Origin: Eledone cirrhosa
Lineage: Eukaryota
Length of the DNA stretch: 64,000 nt
NCBI GenBank assembly: GCA_964016885.1
Contig: OZ024740.1
Coordinates: forward strand, 335,916,001 to 335,980,000
Reading direction: 5' to 3'
The position numbers were made by a program, and so were the translations under genes. Position 1 is the first letter of the stretch; the number at the start of each line of letters is the position of its first letter. The notes beneath the pieces are model-generated. The model worked only from the letters and a program-made list of their open reading frames with translations. It did no database searches and was not told the DNA's origin. Below are positions 50,281 through 63,972 of this stretch, in pieces.

Positions 50281-51339
50281 ACGCTGATAGCTGACACAGC
50301 TATAGTTAGCAACCTTGCTTCCAGGACGACTCAAGGCAAACGTGCATTTTTACTACTCTTATTATAGTCAATTTTTAGTTTGTAGGTCCTCCCATTGTGC
50401 TATGAGGGTCATCGGTTTTTAATCCGTCCTCATTATTAACACAAACTTCGATGTCTGTGTGTGTGGCTAGTTGTTCTTGTTTTTGTGTGCATGTGTGCTT
50501 GTGCTGTTTTTGTGTAAGTTTCTTTTTGTTGTGGGCAGTGATGATTGTGGTAGTAGTAGTAGTGGTGGTGGTGGCAACGGTGGTTGTGGTGGTCGGGTTG
50601 ACAGTTGCTGTAGTTGTGTTAACGGTCGTGGTGATGCAAGAGTTTGTGTTGCTGCACACGTCTCTGGTTTGTTTTCGAGTTATCAGGAGCGTATGTTAGG
50701 GTGAGACGGAATGTATTCTTTTTATTTATTCTGTGTCTTTTTTTTGTTTTGTTCTTTTTTTTTGGGGGGGGGGGGGTGTTCACAGCATGAGGAGGGGGTA
50801 GCCATGTCTGACGGGTGTTGGACTGTGTTTGTGTCAGTATCAAAATATGTGTGTATTTGAAATTTGAAAGAGGTGGGAGAAGAAGTGGAATAGCTGTGTT
50901 AGGGGACCCCAGGGTGGCTTTGTTGATTTTTGTTGTTTTTCTTTATGATGTTGATGATGAAGATTATGATGATGGTGGTAATGGTGGTGCTGCTGCTGCT
51001 TATGTGATAGCTACTGTCACTCCTGTTGGTGTTGCTGTTGTTTTTATTGTTGGTGGTGTTGGGATCATGTTGCTGGCGTTTATTTTTAACAAGATTTGGA
51101 CGCATTTTATCCATTAAAGGCTGAAGATAGTGGGAAACCCACCAGGTCTGTAGGTACGTTGTCGGTTTAGCTACAAAGCAATACAAAAATTCCCAGAGTA
51201 CAACGTTTCAGAACCTGGTGAAAAACAACTATCTTATAAAGATCTTCTGTAACACCCTGCATTGAGACACGAACAAATAGTAATATTAATACCACCACCA
51301 CGACCAACAACAACAAGAACGGCAATAATAACAATAAAA

Positions 51340-51892
51340 ATAATGGTTTCTGATTTAGGCACAAGGCCAGCAATTTTGGGGGAGGGGGAATTCGATTAAA
51401 TCGACCCCAATACATGAGTGGTACTTTATTTTATCGACCGCGTAAGGGTGAAAGGCGAAGCTAACCTCGGCAGGATTTGAACTCAGAACGTAAAGAGCTG
51501 TAACTATATGCCACAAAGCATGTTGTCCGACATTCTACCGATTCTGCTAATCCCCCCCCCCCCCAATAATAATGGTTTCTTATATAGGCAGCAATTTGGG
51601 GAGAGGGGACAGTCGATTAAATCGATCCCAGTGCGAGACTGGTATTTTATTTTATCGACCCCATAAGGATGAAAGGTAAAGTTAACCTCGGCGGGCCCCA
51701 ATAATAATTGTTTCTACTTTGGCACAAGGCCAGCAATTTATCCAGTGTATTACTGGTACTTTATTTTATCGACCCCGTAAGGATGAAAGGCAAAGTTAAC
51801 CTCGGTGGGATTTGAACGCAGATCATAAAGGGCCGTAACTCTTTGCTGCAAAGCATGTTGTCAGACCCGCTTCCGATACTGCCAATCTACCG
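51340..51892 (-). mobile_element. Three tandem SINE copies, main family
   Basis: Family core repeated three times head to tail. Confidence 0.85.
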
Positions 51893-52193
51893 GGCCCCAA
51901 TAATAATATTAATCAGCCTTGTTCGTCACTGCGCCCATTTTAAGGGAAGTATTATCTGTCTAAGGTGCTTGTTGTGAATTGACAGATGGCTAAATACTCC
52001 GGTACATTTTCCATCTACACTGCGTGGCAAAACAAATAAGATTAAGAAAATGTGTGACCAATGAGGGACATTACGAAGATAAATTAGAAAAAGAGACCAT
52101 GGTGTTAAATAAAAACGATTATGGTGTCTTTTCCGTAGGTAAACATAATCACACACATATTTAATCGGTTTCTGCATAGTTTCTCCCAAAAAA

Positions 52194-52388
52194 CAGACCT
52201 GCCAACTCTCCGCGTCCGACGGGGAGATCTCCCACCCACTTTGGGGTGGGTGAAAGATGTCTTCTCTTGTGAAAATAGATATAGTGTTATTATGTAAGAT
52301 CTCTCCATTTTTGCCTCATTTCTCCTCGTTTTCAGGCACTTTTTTTTATGGTACTCCTCGTTTGGGTTTTTAGAGGTTGGCAGGTCTG
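52194..52388 (+). mobile_element. MITE of the CAGACCTGCCAAC-TIR family
   Basis: Perfect 13-bp TIR CAGACCTGCCAAC / GTTGGCAGGTCTG; flanks AAAAAA / ATAAAA. Confidence 0.85.
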
Positions 52389-53380
52389 ATAAAAGGACTA
52401 GTCAACCTCAGGCTACAGTAAAAGACACTTACACAATGTACCGCATAGTGGAATTGAATCAGAACCGCGTGATGGTGAAACGAATTTCATAACCGCACAG
52501 CTATGTAGACTACTTACATTTTAACTCTCGTTACTAAAGTGAGTATGTTTCCCTAACTGCAGTAATTACTATAATTTGTATAGGATTTATTAACTGTTTC
52601 AATTGATATGGAAGACAGACGACATAATGGTGAACTCTAAAATGTTGCTGAATCTTAGCATTGAACTCCATCACCGTTGATAATAGCCAATATAATTATT
52701 AATGAACAAAGATATTTATTACGAGTAACATTCTAGAGAACAGAAAAAAAGCATTTCTCCTCTGTAATAACCACAGTATAAAGGTTTTATCCAATGTAAT
52801 ATAACAAATAATCACAGGAATAAAAGTAATAGCTAAAGGAAGTTTAATTATAATAATTGCAAGGAAACGACTAAAAAAAGAATTTTAATGCATTATACGG
52901 GTTTGTGATTTCAATGAGATAAAATATTAAAACGAATTATTCTTTAATTACATTAATCTGATTTCAAATTCTGTTTTCAGCTTTTATTCAAATGATGTGT
53001 ATCACGTGCTTAGAATCGAAATATATTGAAATGGTCTCTGTGGTGTCCCTTTCATCATGCATATAACACCAGACATATTATGATGGTGAGTTGTCTGTTC
53101 TATTTACACACACACATGTCATCAAGCACTTCAACAAAATACGGAAATGTTTCTATTTACTTCAACATATACACACTATCACACGTAGTGTGATGTTTCT
53201 ATTATTAACTTCGTTATATACAGACCGTCACGCTTAATAACGTGTTACCTGTTGTTTATTTATAAACTACTATGATTTCTTGGTTCGGAACCTCCTGACA
53301 AACCACTACATTGTAGCGTGTATTAATAATACTAGAGATCAACAACAGAACCGGCTCTGTGGTGCATGGTAATATGTAGA

Positions 53381-53569
53381 CAGACCTGTCAACTCTCCCC
53401 GTAGACATCTCTCACCCACTTTGAGGTGGGTGAGATATGTCTTCTTTTGTGAAAATGGATACAGCCTTCCTTATGTAAAATCTCATCATTTTGCACCATT
53501 TCTACCCGTTTTGGGACATTTTTTTTTCATGGTACTTCCCGTTTGGGTTTTTAGAGTTTGGCAGGTCTG
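53381..53569 (+). mobile_element. MITE of the CAGACCTGCCAAC-TIR family
   Basis: Ends CAGACCTGTCAAC / TTTGGCAGGTCTG; flanks TGTAGA / AGTAGA. Confidence 0.82.
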
Positions 53570-53976
53570 AGTAGAGGTTTCCAGAAAGGAATAACGGTTT
53601 TTCCTGTTACATATAGCACAACGTAGCTTAATACATATCTGATGACATTCATTTCAACATCTGGAAACACATCTCATTAGAGATGAAGACACATCACTCA
53701 AATGAAAATAAGTATAATACGTGTTCTTGAAAACTACAAAAATGACATGCAATGTAGCCAAACACTCTACACAGAATGGGTTTGTCATCAGAGAATTCAC
53801 ACTACACATTGTCAACCAGACACTGTTAGTCGTGTTTCCATAATTTACCTGCTATCTATACATTTCCCTCTATCTAGCTTCTTTCCGTCTTGCTCATTAT
53901 GCAACTTCCATCGATCAAATATGTCTTTCAGTTAACTTCTATATTTTCAAAGTACTACATTCTCCCGCAATGAATG

Positions 53977-54021
<45 letters not shown>

Positions 54022-54023
54022 CA

Positions 54024-54425
54024 TAGTTATACTTTGAGAGGTTCATGCTGCCAAGTGGGTTAGTTTAATAACCGGATGGTTGTTTAGTTGAGTATCTAAG
54101 CTCTTTCGTCACACATGCTGTGACCTATTCAGTGAAAAAACCAGATGGTGTAAGTCAGAACAAAGGAGAAACACAAAGTATTAGCAAAAGTAGTCACTGA
54201 GGAAGTCACAGAATGTGTGACGAAAGAGCTTAGACAATCAACAACTAAATAACTATCAGGTTATCAAACTAACCGACTGGGAAATTATAATAATAAATTG
54301 AAGCGAAACCCAACAGGCGTATGTGTTTTTTATGGGCAGCATGACCCTCCTAAAGTATAACAATATGTTTCAATTCAACATACGTTTTCAGATAGAAAAT
54401 CATGTAAAACAAATACAAAACCGAA

Positions 54426-54427
<2 letters not shown>
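54024..54427. mobile_element. Inverted Penelope-like terminal-repeat fragment in (TA)n with a hammerhead-like motif in each arm
   Basis: Plus 54193-54235: CTGAGGA-A-GTCACA-GAATG-TGTGAC-GAAA-GAGCTT. Mirror copy at 54094-54134 on the minus strand. (TA)n on both sides. Confidence 0.62.
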
Positions 54428-54484
<57 letters not shown>

Positions 54485-54589
54485 TGTGAATGTATGCGTA
54501 TGTATATATATAAGCATATATATTTATATACCCTTATGTATCTACATACATGTATATACGTGTGTGTGTGTGTGTGTCTGTGTGTGTGT

Positions 54590-54644
<55 letters not shown>

Positions 54645-56567
54645 AGGTAAACAGAAATAACAACACAATCGGTACAGTATATGGAAGGAATATATTAGGT
54701 TAACACTTGAAATAGCTGGAAGAGGGTCCTAACGTTTCGGCTGCTAGTCTTTCATCGGAAGAAAGAATGAGAAATTAGAAAGATAGAAGGGATGGGCAAG
54801 GCGAAATCGGAAAAAAGGTTTTAAGAGGAAAATAACAGGTCCATTCATGTTCCCATCTCTTGGAAATCTGTTGATGCTGGCGTTTTGTATATGATATTCG
54901 TTTTTATAAAAGTGGATGATGGAGCTTGTCTACCTCAAATGGAAAAGAATGTCTTGTATATAGAGATATACGTGTGCGCGTGTGTGTGTGTCATTATACG
55001 TCCGTATGAAGTTATTTACATACAGAGAGTGAATGGGAAGGCAGAGAAAGAGCGAAAGAAAGAAAAAAGAAAGGGGGTAAGGAAGAAAGAAAGAAAGAAA
55101 AGAGAAGCACAACAATATTAAGTGTAATTCTACAGAGCTATACGGCAAGTTTTCTATTGTGCAATGCATAATTGTGTCTCGTGGGATATCATAGATACAA
55201 TGTTTGTATTCCGATGAGGGTATGCTCTATTCCGGTACGAAATGAGCGCATATCATATATACAGCATCAGAATAAAATCCTTATACAGTTTGAAATTTTA
55301 ATAACTTTAGTTCTATGCGCTGGAACTAATTTGTGTCGAATATTTAGAAGTCTAATGCATTGTCAAAGCTTGACCGAAAGTCGTTCATCATATTTTAAAT
55401 TAATATCTTTCTTTTATGGGACATGTAAAGACTACACTTTATGAGACTCAATTTCGTTTTATAGATGACTAATGTGATTCAGAGTATAAAGGAGATGCAA
55501 CTGCAAAACTTATTTCGAAAACTTTAAAATCGCAGTTGTTTTGGTTTTGTTGTGATTTTCTAATCTTTTTCTTGGAAATTTTGAGTTTTTACGAGACTAG
55601 GCTGCTAACCCGACACCAAATCTACACCTGTTTTCCTTCGTGCTTGGAACTAAAATGGACAATACGGAATTTTAATCGTGAAATTATTCCTGCGGTGAGA
55701 AGAAAAATCATTTAGGTTAATGAATATTCATTTCAAAAGGAACAATTGAGATAATCTTCCTCTTCTTCTTCGTCCACTTATTTATGAGAGGGTCGTTGGG
55801 GCAGAGTCCTCATATACTCCTTCCAGTCGGTCCTCTCCAATCGTCTCCAAATGATCAGGCTGGATCCTCCACCGTGACCAGCCAAGCTAATGGATGTTAT
55901 CCAACCATCTTGCTTGGAGTCTGCCCCTGGGTCTACTGCCGGCTAGTTTTGCCCTTAATATCTGAGAGAATATTGAATATTGACGAAAACTTAGATAACG
56001 ATATATAAGAATAGGAGTGAATATGATCGTTGATAGTTAGGTGTTGGTTCAGCTTTATTCAACCTTTTCAGCGATGCAGAGTCCAACAAATAATTGGTTT
56101 TGTCGTAGGAAACTATATTTTATCATGAAGTGAATTTATTGATGATGTTGTAGCTGTTATTGCTGCAGCTGATCCTGATGTTGTTGCTATTTTTAATGAT
56201 GTTTCTTCTGTGATGTTCTTTCTGATATCGTAGTTGATGCTATTTCTGTTGTTGTTTGATTCCTAGTTTTTTTTTGGGGGGGGGGGGGGGGTAATTTTTC
56301 TCCTTGTGTAGTTATGGCCGGAGTAGTTACTCTTGCTGTTGCTTTTGTTCTTCAACCCCACATCAACATAAATTAGGAAAACCTATGATCAAAAGCATTC
56401 CTATTATGACCATCCTTCTTTTCTGTATTGTTTTATTTTAGCTATATTACTTACCAACAAACACAAGCTTCTGGGCCTCAGACGTGTTGTAGGTATAGTG
56501 GCCTTTGTAATGGTGGTGGTTCCTAGTTGTTGGGTGTCGTGGTGGCAGTGAGGGTGATGCTGGTGGA

Positions 56568-57155
56568 AATAATGGTTTCTAATTTAGGCAAAAGGTCAAA
56601 CATTTGGTGGGAGGGGATGTCGATTAAATGTACGGGGTACTTTGGCTAACCTTGGCGGGATTTGAAGTCAGAAGGTAAAGGGCCGTAACTCTGCGTCGCA
56701 TAACATGTTTTCCGACGTTCCACCGATACTGCCAATCCACCGCTCTTAATGGTTTCTGATTTTGGCACAAGGCCGGCAATTTGGGAGGAGGGGGGAAGAC
56801 GATTAAATCGGCCCTAGTGCGTGACTGGAACTATATTATATCAACCCCTGTAAAGATGAAAGGCAAAGCTAACCTCGGCGAGATTTGAACTCAGAACGTA
56901 AAGGGGTGTAACTCTACGCCGTAAAGCAGTGTGTTCGACGCCAATCCACCGCCCTTACTGGGAAAAATAATTGTTTCTCCTTTTGGCACAAGGCCAGCAA
57001 TTACTCAGTACATTACTGGTACTTTATTTTATCGACCCCGTAAGGATGAAAGGCAAAGTTAACCTCGGCGGTATTTGAACTTAGAATGGCAAGGGCCGTA
57101 ACTCTATGCGTCAAAGCATGGCATCCGACCTTCTACCGATATTGCCAATCCACCG
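56568..57155 (-). mobile_element. Three tandem SINE copies, main family
   Basis: Family core repeated three times. Confidence 0.85.
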
Positions 57156-58187
57156 ATGGTTGTAATTGTGTTGCTTGTGGTCAGAGTTGTTGATGTGGTG
57201 GTAATGGTAGTGATGAGGTGAGCATGTGGTTGTGGCGAGTCAGTAATGGTGGTGTCAGCCGTGTCGATTATAATTGTGTCGTTGGTTTTATTGGCAGGTG
57301 TTTTTTTTGTGTTAGGGGCGATGATGGTAGTGGTAGTTGTAATAGGGTGACTGCTGCTTCTTCTGATGATGGTGGTAGTACTGGTATTAATGTTGGTAAT
57401 GGTGACCATGATAATGGTAATGATGATTGAAGTGGCGTTGGTGTTGGCGGCGTTGGTGTTGGCAATATGTTCGGTGGTTATGTTATCGTTGCTGTTTGTA
57501 GTGATGATAGGAGGTCGTCTTGGTCTCGTCACCGTCGTTGTTGTATTTATGGTGCTCTACTGCTATGTCTATCAAATTCCATTACTCTCACATTATTGCT
57601 ATCAACTATACTGTTAATATTTCCATATCGATAGTTCTCTATTATAGCAGAGAGGACACATACAGATATATAAATATATTCATAGTCACCTAACTACATA
57701 CACACAAGCAAGGATACATATATCCATGCCCACACATTCAAACCAGCACAAATTCCTCTTCCATAAACATGAATGTCTTCCATAAACTCATGTATATGCT
57801 TAAACTCTCATGCATACAAACACATACTCCCACAAACACAAATACACGTTAACGTAGTGATACACACGTACATAGAAAAACACATACACTCGCTTGTAAA
57901 AGCAAAGTTATATTATTCTATAAGTCTACATCTCTCCCAATCCCCCCCTCTCTTTCTAACACGCACACATATTCCCATTACATACTCACTGATACCACGA
58001 ACACAACCAAACCTAAGGCAAACATCACCAACACAAAGGTCTCGGAGACTCTGAAAAGAATTTTTAGTATTGCTTTTTACTCCCTATCCCTCCCTAGGTA
58101 ATGCCGTTTACTTGAATAATATAATTGTTTGCACAATCACAGTTAATCGAAGTTCTTCTCACTATATTACATAACTCTGACCTTACC

Positions 58188-58266
<79 letters not shown>

Positions 58267-59662
58267 TGTGTGTGTTATATCCAGAAATTTTATAATAGCC
58301 TGACTTGAATATCTAATAATGCATGTGTAAAAGGTCAACAATAACCAACATTATCACCACTATCATTGAAATATTCCTCATTTAATTTGGAGTAGGCTGA
58401 GTTTTATAAGTATCCCTACTGTGTCTGCGGAATTGTCTTACTCATAGCATGGGTGATTAATTTTTATATTATTATTGTTGTTTTAGTTGCTGTTATTGCT
58501 GTTGTTTTATTGACAAGGAATTGATATGTTGGATACAGTTGAAAAGTGTGAGATCAGCGTTTTCCTATCAGGATAAGCTGTCAACCTAAAGAAAGTGAGG
58601 ATACAGAGGTTGAGCTTGCAACCCCCCGCTGAGGGTTCGGTAAGAATCCACTCCATTGTCTAGTTAAAATTGATTGTACCGTCCTCTTTTCGCCACATAT
58701 CCGCTGGCAGCCGCTAAAAGATGATGGTAAATATGATGCCAGAAATGAAAATCTGATGGTTGGTAAAGGCTGGCTTGAGCGACGGGGATAATAAAATACC
58801 TATCCTGGAATTATGTAGGTTACGTCAGGAAAGTTACCCTCGAAAAGACATAGAGTTACTGATCCAAACAAATCAGAAATCACTTGACAAAAACATCCGA
58901 TCTGATTGAGCTGCCAAACGGCACTCGGCTCTTGTGCTACATATGTGGTTATATCAACTGATCAGCTAAGTGCCGTAGAGAGATGATCGGCACACTTGTC
59001 AAACTGACAACCACAGAAACAAGAATATTTCTTTTAAAAACAATATCCAGTAGCAAGAGCAGCAGCAGTATCACCAGCGGTCATATTAGCCAATGAACTT
59101 TCGGATAAATACAAAGTACTCCAAATTTAATTACAGGCAATAATTGAACTCATCTCGAAAGCTATATGTACTACTTAAAACTGAACATTACTTTGAAATT
59201 AGCATTTAAAATGTTTCTCGCGAATCCCAAATCATATTTGATGATAGCTCTTTGTTGTTCAATATAATTATATTATCATACTTTTTTCCAGCTACTAACG
59301 TAATCTTCAGAGATAATACATTTTCTAATATTTACATCTACATTAAATCTTGGTCGGTTTGATCTTCAATTATCATCCGATGTCTTATTCCTGGATATAT
59401 GCGTAGTACTGGACTGTATTCAAACTAGAAACATTTATATGAGATAGTGTCATTATAGATAAGAGAGTTATTAGAATTAATTTAGAAACAATAGTTCCTA
59501 GATCGAATATATTCCGGTAGTGTGTACATATATCAATAAGACGATTGGAGATCAAGTCAATTGAAATGTAGAGTAGGCGTAAATAATTACAATATTTCAT
59601 CTGTAAAAATGGTAGTCCTATTTAAATAACTCATCTCAGATATTAGTACAGGTTAGTAAATT

Positions 59663-59855
59663 ATAATGGTTTCTGATTTAAGCACAAGGCCAGCAAATAT
59701 TTGGGGGTGGGGAGTGTATTACTGGTGTTTTGTTTTATCGACCCTATAACGATGAAAGGCAAAGCTAACCTCGGCGGGATTTGAAGTTAGAAAGTACAGG
59801 GACGTAACTCTATGCCACAAAGTATGGTGTCCGACGCTTTACCGATACTGCCAAT
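59663..59855 (-). mobile_element. SINE, main family
   Basis: Family core and tail. Confidence 0.8.
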
Positions 59856-60492
59856 TCATTAGTAATTATAATAAAGTGGATTGTTTTATGTTCTTGCATC
59901 GTCAATAAAGGATATGACAGTATACGTATATAATAGAGACGTTGCTGATCTCTCAAAATAAAATCTAATATAAAATTAATGTAGGTCTCCATAAAGTTTT
60001 GTATTATACACCTCATTGTGAAAACGTAAACAAATGTAAATGCATTTTGCTATTTTCTTTATTTACAGAAATACATTGAGATTGTTTTTACAGATTTCAC
60101 TGCTAGTTGGCTCTTCATCAAAAAGAAAGTAGTCCTATATTTTCGCCCACAAAGATAACATAGCAAACACATTAGATTCTGATTATTAGGTAGATGTTTT
60201 ACTTGGACTCATGTAGTTAACCTCAACACTGCATAGAGTCATGATAGCATAACGTAGGAAACAATGATAAAATTCAACGACAACTAAAAAAAAAACAGGT
60301 TTAAAAGATATATTGATTTAAGTGTTGTCCTGTTCTACTGCGAAATCGTTTTAAATGCTTCATCAATGTATCAATGCAGGAAACAACTTTATTTGGTAAT
60401 ACTGTAAATATGAACATATTGGAAGTGATGCTAATAGTATTAATAATAATAACGATATCAGAAATACCAACGAGCATGAGAACAACAATGTT

Positions 60493-60686
60493 AATAATGG
60501 TTTCTTATATAGGCACAAGGCCAGCAATTTTGGGAGGAGGGGAAAGTCGATTAAATCGACCCCAGTGCGTGACTGGTACTTTATTTTATCGACCCCGTAA
60601 GGATGAAAGGCAAAGCTAACCTCTGCGGGATTTGAACTCAGATCATAAATGGCCGTAACTCTATGCTACAAAGCATGGCGTCCGAC
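60493..60686 (-). mobile_element. SINE, main family, long-tail form
   Basis: Family core plus GTCGATTAAATCGAC hairpin in the tail. Confidence 0.85.
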
Positions 60687-62402
60687 TATGTACAACAATG
60701 TTAATAATATAGATAAGAAGTGGACAGCAAGTTCATGATGATTACGAGTAGACACGGAACTTACAAATTTACCTAGAAAATACTTATCCTGATCATTCCT
60801 CTTCCCATATATTCGTCCTAACGCATATATTTTCTGCACTACCTCAAACGTTCTTTTCTTTTAAAATTCATTTTCTACATCAGATGAAAGGTTAGTCCCG
60901 AAATACCAACATTCTCTTCTCCTAACGACTTATGAATTGATCCAAAACTACAAACTTTACTAAATACTCTGTGCTGTCACAGATCACTGCTAATTTTCTT
61001 AAATTCTGGTGTTGTTCTTATGTATAATTGACAGGTCTTTAAAAACGCTATTAAATGCCCACGAGTGTTTATAGATGCTATAAGCAACACACATGGGAAA
61101 CGTCCACATTATAGCATACCAATACCTGGTGATATAAGTGAGACAGACATTTTTCTCTATGCTGGTATTCATGTAGCAATAGATAGAAAATGTGGAATGA
61201 AATAAATAAATTATTATAGAGGGTATGAAGTACGAACACAGAAAAGAATATAAGTAAGCTAAATTAGTCACAATAGTAAAGAAGATATGGCTAGATAATC
61301 CTTCAAAAAAATAGAAGAAGAATATCATAAGTGATTATAACATAAAAAATAGAAACCACGAATGCAAATATGGGAATACATAAACCAAAAGAATGTGTTT
61401 AAATAATTAGTTACAATTGTAGAATATTAGGAAAAAGTGCTTCTTCCAAAATTACTTCTTTGAAAACTATCCTTCAAAAATTCTCTAGAACTATAATAAC
61501 GTAGAAGTAGATAAGACAACAATGAATTAGAAATGAAAAACATTCCAGAGCCTTTCTTGAAAACCAATGTAAACAGAACAAAAGAAATAACTATTTGGAT
61601 CATTATATGGTAACAATAGTAATTAAAAAGACATCTCCCTCAATGCATTGTAGATATCAGACTTTTCTTTTAAGAAACTTTGGAAACTGGTATTGATAAT
61701 ATCCAAAATTATTAGAGGCTGTTATTTAGCATATCAGGCAACCAAATAACTTCAAGCTTTAACATTTGCTTTATTATGCGATATCTTAACAGATAAAAAA
61801 AACCCGACATCATTCATTCATGATAAAAATGGTGTATTTTATGAATAATTGACATCCTCAACACAAAAGTGGGTTGAAAGCAAAGGAATTACATCGACTT
61901 AATAGTTGTATTAAAACATTATGGCATTAAAGGAATGTATCAATCATCGCATTTATATCTAGAACAACTGGAATGATACATTGCCACCTCTTTAAATACA
62001 TTGATTATTACCTAATCTAGAGCCTGCAAATATTGTTAGCTATACGATTAAAACATTATGGTAGTTAAGAAATGTGTCCATTATCCTATTTGTAATTGGC
62101 AAGAAAATTAATGATACAAAAGCACTTCTCTAAAGTAGAGTAAAATCTGGAATCTGGGGAAACTGGTAATAATTAGTCTAGAGGGGGATTTGTGGAATAG
62201 TTCGATGAGTTAAATTACAGTGAGAATTGAGGAATTTGCTTTACGTCTAAGGGAGGAAGAGTAACCTTTTAATGAAGACTTTGTGAGACAGTCTATAAAG
62301 ATAGATATAGCATTTGTTAATCTTCAGCATTTTTATGCATTATTTTCCAAGTGATACTTAATTCGTTTCTATGTACAGAAAATGTATTTCTGCAAGATAC
62401 GA

Positions 62403-63210
62403 ATAATTGTCTCTACTTTAGGCACAAGGCCAGCAATAACCCAGTGCATTACTGGTACTTTATTTTATCGACCCCGTAAGGATGAAAGGCAAAGTCAACC
62501 TCGGCGGGATTTGAACTCAGATCGTAAAGGGACGTAACTATGCTGGAAAGCATGGCGTCCTACCCTCTACTGATACTGCCAATAATGGTTTCTTATATAG
62601 GCACAAGGCTAGCAATTTTGGCGGAGGGGAAAATCGATTAAATCGACCCCAGTGCGTGACTGGTACTTTATTTTATCGACCCCGTAAGGATGAAAGGCAA
62701 AGTTGACCACGGCGGGATTTGAACTCAGACTGTAAAGGGGCGTAACTCTATGTTTCAAAGCATGACGTCAGAAGAAGAAGAAGAAGAAGAAGGGTCGTGG
62801 GGACAAAATCCTCAAGCACGCCTTCCAGGTCCTGTCAGAAGCAACTGTGTTTAATTGATCCGGCTGGATACTCAAGCGAGACCAACGGAGCTCATGGATG
62901 TTATCTATCCATGTTGCTCGGGGTACACCCCTCAGTCTCCTGCCGATTACTATACCTACAAATTTGAAAATAATAGATTCATTATTTTTCTCGGGCTAGG
63001 ACGGTGGATTGGCATAGAGTTAATAACGTCGGACAACATAGAGTTAAGGCCCTTTAAATTCTGAGTTCAAATCCTGCCGAGGTTAGCTTTGCCTTTCATC
63101 CTTACAGGGTCGATAAAATAAAGCACCAGTAATGCACTGGGGCCGATTCAATCGACTTTCCTCCTCCTCTAAATATTTCTGACCTTGAGCCTAAATCAGA
63201 AATCATTACT
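62403..63210. mobile_element. SINE cluster: minus copies 62403-62583 and 62582-62770, plus copy ~63000-63210, with an RTE fragment between
   Basis: Family core in both orientations. Confidence 0.82.
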
Positions 63211-63625
63211 AATGTTTTTAACATATATTAACATGAATATGTGTGATTGAGATTTGTCTCTGTTGATTAGTCTTTGGTAATATTTACCAGATATCGTAAG
63301 GTCAGAAAGTTTGTTATTATTAAAAAAAACGGCTATAAATTGCTGGCTCTAATCACTGATTTATCGGAGGTTTCTTTCATAACGGCGTCAAGTGAACAAC
63401 ATGGAGGAAGGGAGAGAGTTAACACGTGCTTCGTCTTCACCTCTCTGCTTTCATAACGACTAATTTCCAGTGTTGACAACGTCTGATATCACTGCAACTA
63501 CCACATCTGCAAGAACAACAAAATCTAGCAATAACAAAAAGGACCAAAGCGAAAACTTTTCTATTTTGAACGGAAGAGTGCCACTAAAAACAACAACATT
63601 AGCAACAGCGACTACGACAAAGGCA

Positions 63626-63659
63626 ACAACGACGACGACGACGACGACGACGACAACGA

Positions 63660-63690
<31 letters not shown>

Positions 63691-63695
63691 AACGA

Positions 63696-63726
<31 letters not shown>

Positions 63727-63742
63727 AACGATGACGGCGACG
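63626..63742. repeat. (GAC)n microsatellite with higher-order ACAACGAT interruptions
   Basis: Directly visible. Confidence 0.92.
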
Positions 63743-63930
63743 AAAAGAACATGACCAGTGAAAGAAACAACTGCACCACAAGCAAAATGTCTTTTTTAAC
63801 CATTTCTAGTGTCCAAAATAACTATACCTATGAACTCTTGCCAACGAAGATGCGAAATTGGCACAGGTCAAAGAAAATGTCACAATGGAAGGTAGAAGAG
63901 CAGTGCTGTTGACAGGAACTAATAAATAGA

Positions 63931-63965
<35 letters not shown>

Positions 63966-63972
63966 ATGATTA

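Noticed and set aside
57104-57617. Long Thr/Val/Ile/Tyr-rich ORFs here and throughout the ORF track
   Set aside because: Translations of microsatellites and low-complexity triplet repeats.
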